From contig JAYWIR010000169.1 of assembly GCA_036172245.1 (NCBI GenBank), positions 1 through 47,437 on the forward strand: a DNA stretch of 47,437 nt. The letters are read 5' to 3'. Below are positions 37,853-47,437 of the stretch, piece after piece (the first letter of the stretch is position 1; each line of letters opens with the position of its first letter). The stretch comes from Raillietiella orientalis. Its lineage: Eukaryota. The translations under genes and the position numbers were made by a program. The notes under the pieces are model-generated. The model had not been told where the DNA came from. It saw nothing but the letters and a program-made list of their open reading frames with translations, and did no database searches.

Positions 37853-40841
37853 TTTCACCCGGTTACGCCGAAGCGTTTATTCCTAAACACTTTGTTTTCG
37901 CGGTACGAGGCCCCGTTACGGCCAATAGTTCTTTGGACCTGCCGGGAAGCCGGCTCGCAGGCCGGCTTGACTCTCCTCGGCAGCGGAGGGGGTAGAGGGT
38001 AAAAACGAAAAGGAAAATAAAAGAAATAAACGAAAAGAAACTATTTGGAGGGCCGGGAAGGGATCACAGCCCGCTGGAGGAAGAGACCATCCTTTCGAGG
38101 ATGCCCTAGAGGTCCCTCTTCATTGTTCCCAGATGGTACCAGCCGATCGCGATTCGCAGGTATCGACCAGCGTGTACGATGGGATCCCTGTTGCTGCTTC
38201 CTCTGTTGGCTGCGCTCCACGCGGCCACAATCCCTCGAAGGCAGCAAAGTGCTGCCAGGGCTGAGGCTGGTGTCAGGGCGTGTCGCACGAAGAGGAGTCT
38301 CATAACGTCTCTGGGGGTGCTGCCTACCGGCATTGAAAGGTTCGTAGCAAAACGTTCCCACAAGGGCCAGAAGGCTGCGCAGTCCACTAACAGATGGGGG
38401 AGGAATTCCTTCTCCCCGCACACTGCACAGTTCTGTTCAACATTCCCCAACGTCCAGTGGTGGCGGCGCGCGTTGCAGGGAAGACCCCAGTGCAACGACA
38501 ACAGCGCCGTTTCCTGCCACTTTAGGGGGAGGATGGATGAATCAATGAACGACGGGGGCCACTCTAGGTCATCCTACGGGATGCCAAGCAGCTCGTCCCA
38601 TCTCCGTAGTCCATGCGGGTGAACTCTTGGGGTCGCGGCGTCAACCAGTTCCCTCATGGTCCACCCAGTCAGATCCTTCTCTTTGCCCGCTATCCGGCAG
38701 GAGACTTGCCATCTCGGCTTCCGAATATTTTGGAGCGTCCTCCGTAGGAAGGGTAGCGCCGTGGCCAGTGGGGTCGTCTCCGCCCATGTGCTTCTGGCGG
38801 GACACACGATCATGTTCCGCAGCGTGCAGCGGGTGTAGATGCCGGTACGCAGGCCGTTGCAGGATTCTTCACTGATATTCTTTATCTTTGCCCACGTTCC
38901 AACTGTTTCTTCCAGCCATGCGCTGGAGTTGGCGGGGCTGCAGGTCATCCACGCGTTCTCCTTTGCCAGGGTGGCCATGAGTCCCAGGAGAAGTCCGCAT
39001 CTTCTTTTTTTCCGGCCGGGGCACAGAAGAAAAGACGCGAGTCCTTCAGTCCCGGACACACGTCTGGCGAGAAGGAGGGCCGTTACGCACCACCGAATGT
39101 TCCACATTTTCGCTGCGATGGCTAGAGTACGCCACCGCAGCTGTGTTTCCATTCTCTCTATCGTCAGTACGCTGAGACCTCCGTCCCGACGTAGAGCGCA
39201 CAAGTCTTTTGAAGGCACACGAGGCATCCCGCCGCCCTACAGGGCGATACGTAGGAGGTCCTTTGTTCTTTTTCTTAATTCACGGGGTACGGGGCAAACA
39301 AAAAGCAGGGGGCGAAGGAGGGGGGCCGCGAACGCGTTCCACACCGCGACCCATTCCGGCAAGTGAAGCTTGCCTTCCAGGAACGGGCCGATCGCTGACT
39401 CCACTTTTTGGAGACGACCTGACCAGGCTTCTGACTGACAGAAGTCCCCTAACGGAATTCCGAAGTACCTTAGGTACCTGCCCGTGTGGATCCCCAGGCC
39501 GATCCAGTCGGACTGCCCCTCCCACGTCGCTCCCACCGGAACAACCATGCTCTTGCTCCTGTTGACGCTCACGCCAGCACCGCGACGGATCAACTCAAAG
39601 AAGTCTTCAAGCGATGTCGCCGGGGTGGACATGGGCAACAGGAGAAGCAGGTCGTCGGCATACGCTGTCACGGCTCGCGTACCTGGGCAGGAGCTCGGCA
39701 GGTTGGCTAGCGTCAGCCTGTAAGCCTCCAGCACCAACTCAAAATAGATGCTGAAGAGCAGCGGGCTTAAGCTATCACCCTGCCTAATTACTCGTCGTAC
39801 CGGCACGCCGTACACGCGACAGCCACTGAAAACAATGGATGTATTCGCGTGGTGCCAGGAGGAGCGCAAGTACGCCAACAGGGATGCCGGAAGACCCAGA
39901 CGTTCCAAAAGCTCAAGAAGAAGCATTTGGTTCACGCAATCGAATGCTTTGTGCAAATCGACTGCAACCGCCAAGGCTCATGGTGTCTCCCTTTGCGTCC
40001 CGCGCCTTCGTCGGTGAGAGATCGAAGGCGTCGCTTCCGCACGACGATCCACCGCCACACGATGCTGCAATTGCAGCCATGTGCGGATGAACAAGAGATT
40101 CGCGTCCCAGGAACAGCGTACGTCTGCTCCGGACTTACCAAGAATTCCGCGATCCTACGCATCCGCGCCACTTAAAGTTTCGAGAACAACTTGACGTCCG
40201 AATTCACTAATGTGATCGGACGCCAGTTGTTCAGTTGGCGCAAATCTCCTCCTTTCGGCAGTAGACGCACCTTCGCTGAGCGAAACGAAGCGGGGACATC
40301 GTCCGAGTCTCGCATCAGCGACGAGAGTTGGAGCACCAGGGGGATGAGCTCCGCCGCAAAACACTGGAAGAATTCCGCAGGGAGCCCATCTTCGCCTGAC
40401 GCTTTTCGTCTCTTGAGCCCCGAGATGGCCGAGGAAATTTCCTCTGTCGTGAAGGGCTCATCAAGACGCGCGCGTTCCTCCTCGTCTACAACAGGTGCAT
40501 CACTCGGCAGAAGCAGCCGGGAGAGGCTGCGTTCCGTCGGTGCCTCTGCATACAGAGAAGAGTAATAGCGCCTGACTATCCGTCGCACATCGGCTGGAGC
40601 CGAGCATTCCCGGTCCTGGTCGTCGAGCAGAACTGTCGCTCCAGACTGCCAGACCTGGCGCTCGGCCTTAACCTTGTACTCGGATAATCGACCAACGTCC
40701 GCACGCCTGGAAAAGGAGCGGGCCTGCAGAAAATCTCTGCTGTTGGATACGCTCTCTCTGAAGCCGTGCGGAAGCTGGTGCAAGGGAAACCGGCAGCAGA
40801 ACTCGCGGACCGATCTTTTCAGATCGTCCCAGTCCTCGAGC
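37853..40841 (-). mobile_element. L1/Tx1-clade retrotransposon, copy F (post-APE linker to 3' end)
   Basis: ORFs 40172-40843, 39237-39974 (DLHKAFD, QGD, YADD), 38574-39227 and 38106-38501 (CAVCGEKEFLPHLLVDC). 3' end rc AATAAACGCTTCGGCGTAACCGGGTGAAA. Confidence 0.92.
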
Positions 40842-43800
40842 AAGAGCGGACGGGTTTTTGTTTCGCTCTTGAGCGTTTGTGGTTTTATGTTTTTCTCTTT
40901 TTTTTCTTGGTGTGCCAGTGGATTCGGTGGTGGCTAGGCAGCAATGCCTGGGACCACCACCAATGTTAAGGAGGGGTGACGTCTATGTCGCCTCCTGAAT
41001 CAATGAATGTGTGGGCAGCCGTCCACAGAGAAGCGACTCCCTCGCTAGGGAGAAGCTGGAGTTCCGTGGCTGCGGCGCCAACGCAAGCGCCTGCGGCTGA
41101 GTTAAAAGCCTACCTGGAGGAGGGATACAATCCCCCTCTACTCTACAAGGTAGGCAACCTTTACTCCTTTGAGAGTGCACGTGCTTTCTGGAAAGCGATG
41201 CACTCCCTCAAAGTACTTCAGGAGGAGCTCTTGGAAATAATCATCAGGAGTGGTGGACAGTACGTTGAGGTGATTTGCAAAAAAGCAGGTCTTGCCCAGC
41301 GTCTGCTCCGTACACCTGTTCCTTTAGGGAATCTCCGGCTCCTCCCCATCACGGAGGATAGATCTATTGTGATCCACCTCCTCGGAATCACCTTCCGGAT
41401 GGCCGAGGAGGCTGTCCGACAGGAACTAGTTAAATTTGGAACTGTCCACGCGTTGTGGAAAAGGCCGACTCCGTTTTGGGAGTACGATTTCCTGAATTGC
41501 GGTATGGCTTCCGCGCGCATCACGGTCCGCGAGGGTTGATCCCTTCCTAACAAGCTGGAGGTCAACGGCGAACCCGTTGACATCTGGTATGTCGGTAAGC
41601 CGCATTTCTGCGGGCATTGCAGCAATTCAGGTCACCTGAAAAAAAGGTGCCCCCACTTGCAGTGCAAGCAATGCAAGCAACCCGGGCACACTCTTCCAGT
41701 GTGCCCGCAAAATGAAGTCCGCGTCGCGTCCGCACTGAATGCGAAGAAGCGCGCGGCGAGAAAACGAAGAGTTCAGCCAGCCCGAGAGAGAGCCGACGTT
41801 TGAAAGACAACAATCATGCCCCAGGTAAAGGTCAGCTTCGAGATCTTGGAAAACTCGGACAAAGTCGAGGAGAACGGCCAGGAACTTGGATGGCAGGAAA
41901 GAGTCAGGATGGGCAACCTGACTTCCGGAATGTCCGCCGCTAGGAAACGGGATGGTTGGGGAGGGGAGGGAGTCCTCGCAGTCGCAGTCGATTTGCATAA
42001 AGCATTCGACTGTGTCGACCAGAGGCTCCTCCTGGAGCTCCTGGAACGCTTGGGCTTCCCGGTCTCTTTGCTGACCTACCTGCGATCCTGCTGGCGCGAC
42101 GCGCTCATCCAGATCTTTTTCAGTGGACACACCGTGCACGGCGTACCGGTGCGACGCGGCATACGTCAGGGAGACAGCCTGAGTCCCTTGCTCTTCAGTA
42201 CCTACTTCGAGTTGGTACTGAGAGCGTACAGGGGAAATCTGGCGCACCTGCCGCGCGACTATCCCGGTACGCCCGCGGTGTCAGCATATGCGGACGACCT
42301 ACTGCTGCTGCTCCCTACGTCCACCCCGGCATCGGCGGTCGAGGAGTTCTTCGACCGGCAAAGTCGGAAAACCGGGCTTGAGGTGAACAGGGCGAAGTCG
42401 TGCGTCATGCCAATCTGTGCGGCGTGGGCAGGGCAGCCGGACTGGGTCCGTTTGGGGATCCCCACGGTACGGTACTTCAAGTACCTCGGTGTGCCGTTGG
42501 GGGACTACTCCCCTGCGGAAGCGTGGTCCGGCTGCCTTCAAAAAGTAGAGACGGCGATCGGCCCGTTCCAAGGCGGCAGGTTTTTCCTGCCTGAGCGGGC
42601 CGCGGTTTGGAACATGTTCGCGGCTCCTCTCCTCCGATTTCTGCTATTTGATTGTCCCCACACCACAGAGACTAAAAAGCAGACGAAGGACCTCCTAAAG
42701 ATTGCCCTGTGGGGTAATGGGAGGGCCCGAGTCCGGCTTGAGGACTTGAGCGCTCCGCGTCGGGACGGCGGTCTCGGTCTCCTGACGCTAGAGCTGCTGG
42801 AGCTCCAGCTCCACTTTCGGTTACTCGCCCTAGTGGCGAAATATTGGAGTAGCAGTTGGTGCGAGCCCGCACGTCTCTTCGTCGAGCAGGCTACAGGCAA
42901 GCTGGGACTGTCATCCTTCCTTGCGCTCCGTCGGCGCCGCCAAGTCGGTCACTGCGGGTTGAAGCTACGGAGAGTGGCTGACCTGATGAGAAAGAACGCA
43001 GGATTGCTCTGCTGTTGCCCCGTTAACGAACCTGCATGGCTGCAGGAAACGGTTCAAACGTGGGCAAGGAGCAACGAGCAACGCACCCAAGAAGGGCAGA
43101 GACAATTCTTCGCCCGTAATGACCGCCTGACGCTCCGGGAGGTCCTAAAGAACCCCCAAAAACGAGCGTGGGCAAGAAAAACTTCCCTCGTTGCAATGCT
43201 GTTTCCGCTCGCGGAACATTTAAACAGCAACACTGCTGCGAAATGGGATGTTTACATCAAAATCTCCGGTACGGAGAAAAAGATCGGGGAATGGAAAACG
43301 GGAATTCTCTGCGATACCTCGCCCCGGACTACCACCCTTATTAGACTTTTGCGCTAGGGCGAGCTGCTTAATGTTCTGCAAGAACAATTAAAGTGTCTTC
43401 CGGTGCTGATGAACACCTCCATCCTCTCCTCAAAATGGCAGGAGTCAACGCTATTGTTGCTGCATTGGGGACTCCCCTGCAACGCCCGCCGACACCATTG
43501 GACCTGGGCAGCGGTGAGCCCTAATTGTGCGAGGTGTGGAGAATGGGAGTCCCTCACTCACCTCCTTTTGGATTGTGTAGCTCTTCGGCCCCTTTGGAAC
43601 CGTTTTGCCGCGGAAATCGGTAACCTCTGTGGCAACCCCAGAGACGCAATTAGATCCCTGTTCGTTTGCGACGCCCTTCGGCCCTCGACCGCGTTAGCAG
43701 CTCTGTGCTGCTTTCAGGGGATCGCGGCTGCATGGAGCAAAGCAACGGGAGGACGTCGCGATAAGGGTGCCGTCCAGTGCGCAGCCGAATTGATGCGGAC

Positions 43801-44113
43801 GGCGACAGGATGGACCCATCTGGATTCAAACATCCAAAAACAGCTTGCCTGCATCCTGCAAAGGATGTAACGGTTCCACAGCAGACTGTGATCCCTTCTC
43901 GTTTCCCCCAGATCTTGATTTTAAATTTTTTTTTTTTGTTTTATTTTTTGTTTTGTCCTTGGCCCCTCTGCTGTCGTGGTGGACCGTGCCGGAATATGAA
44001 TTTATGACCCGGCAGGCTTAATTTTGTATACCAGTGCGTGGCCAGACCACTGGTCAGCCACCAACGTTGGTTTTATTTTAAAGAATGAACGCCCCGGCGC
44101 AACCAGGTGAAAA
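40842..44113 (+). mobile_element. L1/Tx1-clade retrotransposon, copy E (both termini present; internal deletion of APE and RT N-terminus)
   Basis: 5' GCGGACGGGTTTTT. ORF1 40976-~41900 with CGHCSNSGHLKKRC. Joined in ORF 41816-43357 to AVAVDLHKAFD..YADD. CARCGEWESLTHLLLDC in 43403-43870. 3' AATGAAcgcCCCGGcgcaaCCAGGTGAAA. Confidence 0.92.
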
Positions 44114-44184
44114 TCATAACTCAGCAAGAAACTACTCGCTTTGCCACGCTGGCGGAGCGAAGGAAAAGCACGTCCTCTCTGCAC
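44114..44184 (-). mobile_element. Isolated 5' terminus of an L1/Tx1 copy (O)
   Basis: rc GGACGTGCTTTTCCTTCGCTCCGC matches the copy D 5' end CGGACGTGCTTTTGCGTCGCTCCGC. Confidence 0.7.
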
Positions 44185-44368
44185 AGCGGGGATTCGGGGA
44201 CGGATTCAGGAACGAGCGGTCATACCTTCAGGCCCGCAGTTATTCCAGGCGTCCCGACGTCCGTCGCCTGGCAGAATTCAAGGCTGAGGCGGAGAGGCAG
44301 GCCTGGCAGTCAGGCTCGGACTGCTTGCTGGACCATCAGGGCTAAGAACGCTCCAACCCAGCTCAGGT
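44185..44368 (+). mobile_element. Short ORF2 linker fragment, copy M
   Basis: RGFGDGFRNERSYLQARSYSRRPDVRRLAEFKAEAERQAWQSG..LLDHQG. Confidence 0.85.
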
Positions 44369-46518
44369 TTTTCACGGGGGTAAGCCGGGGCTTCTATTAC
44401 TAAGATTTCGAGATTACAAAATTTTGTAATAAAGTCTTTGTTGTTGAAATTTTTTTTTTTTAGGACGTCAGACGTTTAGTAGAGAAGTACAGTAGCACTT
44501 GTTTTTACCGATCCGGAGGCCGATAAGGTCCTTCACTGGCGCCGGGGAGAGAAAAATAAAAAGAAAACAAAACAAAAAAAGAAAAACGTCTAGAAAACAA
44601 TGTTTTTGGGGAGAAGGAGGGAGGGAGGGGATCACCGTGCGACGTGAGCAGGCCTTTGCATCCGGTCACGGGTGCGAACAAGTGCCGGCAAATTTTTTCG
44701 AAGTCGCCGCCAACGGCACGCTTTCTACAAGGAGATCGCTTCCCAGTGGATAACATTCCGGGTGGTCCTTCCTCTCCTAGACGCGGTCCACTTCTCCAGG
44801 ATACCGCGTATACAGCAGAGCACTGCTACGCTTTCGGAGGCTGGCAAGCCGTCTGGCGTCAGAAAGCGTCTGAATAAATTTTTCGGGTCACCCCCCGGAA
44901 TGTTGAGGATCGACGAGAGTCTGTCCCACATTTCGTGGAGGGCAACACACTTCAGAATCAAGTGGAGGAAATTCTCCCTTTCCCCGCACTCTGCACAACT
45001 AGCATCCACATTCCCCGATGTCCAGCGAGACAGGCGTGCTCTGCTTAGAAGTCCCCAGTGGAGCAGATGCAACGATGTCTCCTGCCACTGCAGAGGAAGA
45101 GTGCCGTTGTCCCATGACGCTGGGGGCCACTTCACCTCCTCCGGAGGTATACCGAGTAGCGCGCCCCAGCGTAAAAGTCCGTTCGGCGGGACACTCGGGG
45201 TACTAGCGTCCTCTAGTTCCCTCGGCGTCCACGCCTTCAGTAATTTCTTCCTGCCTCCGATGAGGCAGGACACTTCTCACGATGCCTGTTGGTTGCTGTC
45301 CCGAACTTCCCTGAGGGAGGGCAGCACTGGGGTAAAGGGGGTGGAGGAAGCCCACAGAAGTTTCCGTGGGTTGGAAACGATCTCCTGGAGTGGCTGACCA
45401 GCGTGCCTCCCTCTGCGGAGGAAGGAGAAGTCCTCATCGCTGGTGCCATTGATCTTCGCCCATGCGGATACGGACTCCTGAAGCCAGGTAGTCCAGTCCG
45501 CTGGGATGCAGGAGATCCAAGGGTTGGCTCTCTTCAGAGCAACCAAGTCCCGCAGCTGATAATCACAATGGTTCAGGCTGCGTTCGTTGGCTACCAGGAT
45601 TGAAGTCAATCCGAAGCAGCCGGTTGCCCTGTGAGCAAGGAGTCTTGCTGGTGCAGACCAGGGTGCTGTCCAAAACTTTGCTACAAGGGCAAGTTTTCAG
45701 AATTGGAGCATTCGCTCCATGCGCTCCAACGTCAGGAGACCAAGTGCACCGTCCCTGCGTAAAGCGCACAAGTCTTTGAGCCAAACGCGGGTCCTCCGGT
45801 TGCCCCAGAGGGCTTTACGTATAAGGCCCCTAGTCCGTGTCTTAATTTGGTAAGGTGTAGGGCACACAAAAAGTAGGGGGCGAAGGAGGGGGACCGCAAA
45901 AGCGTTCCATACCGTGGCCCGTTCCTGCAAGTGGAACTAGCCGTTTCGGAACGGGCCGATCGCCAGCTCCACCTTTTGTAGACGGTCGGACCAGGCTTCT
46001 GCAGAGCAGAAGTCTTCCAACGGAACGCCAAGGTACTTGATGTACCTGCCCGTGGGGATCCCCAAGCGGATCCAGTCCGACCGTCCGGCCCTCGTCGAGT
46101 CGGTGAAAAGCAACGACGATTTCGTCCTGTTTACCTGGAGGCCTGTCCCACGGTATAGCAACTCTAAGAAATCCTCGAGCGCCGATTCCGTGGTGGACCC
46201 GGGAAGCAGGAGCAGAAGATCGTCGTTATAGGCCGACACGGCAAGCGTGCCGAGACACGAGCTCTGCAGGGTTGCCAAAGTCTCCCTGTATGCTCTGTAC
46301 ACCAATTCATTGTAGATGCTGAAGAGGAGGGGGCTGAGGCTGTCAGTCTGTTGGATGCCACGACGAACCGGCACGCCGAACACGTGCCGGCCGCTGAAAT
46401 TGATATTGATGAACGCGAAGCGTTAGCAGCAGCGCAGGTAGGCCAGGAAAACAACCGGAAAACTCAAGCGTTCCAGGAGCTCCAGAAGAAGCTCCTGGTC
46501 GACGCAGTCGACAGCTTT
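44369..46518 (-). mobile_element. L1/Tx1-clade retrotransposon, copy G (KAxD to 3' end)
   Basis: Starts at KAVDCVDQELLL, then GIQQTDSLSPLLF, YNDD, KYLG and CAECGERENFLHLILKC. 3' end rc AATAGAAGCCCCGGCTTACCCCGTGAAA. Confidence 0.9.
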
Positions 46519-47437
46519 TGGCCCAAGGTCTGCTTCAATCCCCCATGGTAATGGGGACACGCAAACTACTTCCTATTACGGCTGACCACAGTATGGAGGT
46601 CCACCTTTTAGGAGTTACCGCGCGGATGCGGAAAGAACAGTTACGCGCCGCGTTGGGAAAAGAAGGCACGGTCCATGCAGTATGGACCAAGCCTAGTCCT
46701 TTCGAGAACTATACCACAGTTCAGTGCGGCTCCACGGCTGCCCGTGTGATCGTTAGGGAGGGCTCTACCCTTCCAAACAAACTGGTGGTCGGCGGAGAAA
46801 GCGTCGACCTCTGGTACGTGGGAAGCCCAAATACTGTGGCTTCTGGAACACGTCGGGACACCTCAAAAGAAGGTGCCCCAACGTACAGTGCGAAGTATGC
46901 GGGACAATGGGCCAAACGAAGGAACTGTCCACAATCCGCTGTGCGCGTGGTTTCCGCTAGGAGCATAAAAAAACGCACGCGGCTGCTACAGAAGAAACTG
47001 GCGGCGGAGGCTGCCGCTAAGCTGTGCCACCCACTCCCGTGGTCCAGGCCTCAGCCGACACCCCGGCAACGAATGCCGAAAAGATTGACAAAAGCGGTCA
47101 GGTGTTGGAATGGCAAGAAGTCACGGCGAAAAAGAAAGAAAAGTCGCAGAAAGAACGACGGATCGAAAAAAAGCTCGCCTACCGAAATAAAAAACAGCAG
47201 GTTAGCGAGAATTAAAAAGAATGCAGCCTCGTCGTGGGACGCGTCCCCGCCGAACGCCGCAAGGTAGAAATCGCTGCTACCGGCGAGCAACCCACTGTTG
47301 AAAATGTCAACAGCGTGGGGAGCGAACCGGCGGAAGCGTCCGTCATCGAGACCATGATCGATGACGCCACCTTCGAGTTTGCGGCGGAGGAGCTGGCTGC
47401 ATCGTTGCAGCCAGCCCCATCCAAGGCCAGTTGGTTG
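46518..47437 (+). mobile_element. 5'-truncated ORF1 fragment, copy N (related to B and J)
   Basis: LAQGLLQSPMVMG..VHLLGVTARMRKEQ..VDLWYVG, with frameshifted knuckles and a basic tail; runs off the window. Confidence 0.88.

Overview
Eukaryotic (animal-like, short-intron) genomic window. A single intact multi-exon host gene, VPS8 (+, ~15181-24346), lies between three nests of decayed L1/Tx1-clade non-LTR retrotransposons from several diverged families (1-9313, ~24790-26340, ~31015-47437). These carry ORF1 with an RRM-like region and two CCHC knuckles, and ORF2 with APE, RT and a C-terminal CCHC. The most striking pattern is that successive fragments strictly alternate in orientation, and most junctions join an intact 5' terminus (GGACGKGYTTTT) or 3' terminus (AATAAA + CCCGG-N5-CCGGG hairpin) to an internal break in an opposite-strand relative. 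Five separate events hit the same RT motif, D-L-H-K-A-F-D. This suggests retrotransposons that insert antisense into one another with a preferred target in the RT coding sequence. Also present are a tRNA-derived SINE built from tandem hairpins, a disrupted multi-CUB fragment, and two unexplained decayed coding-like tracts that may be endogenous viral elements (speculative). All calls are by eye; no searches were run.
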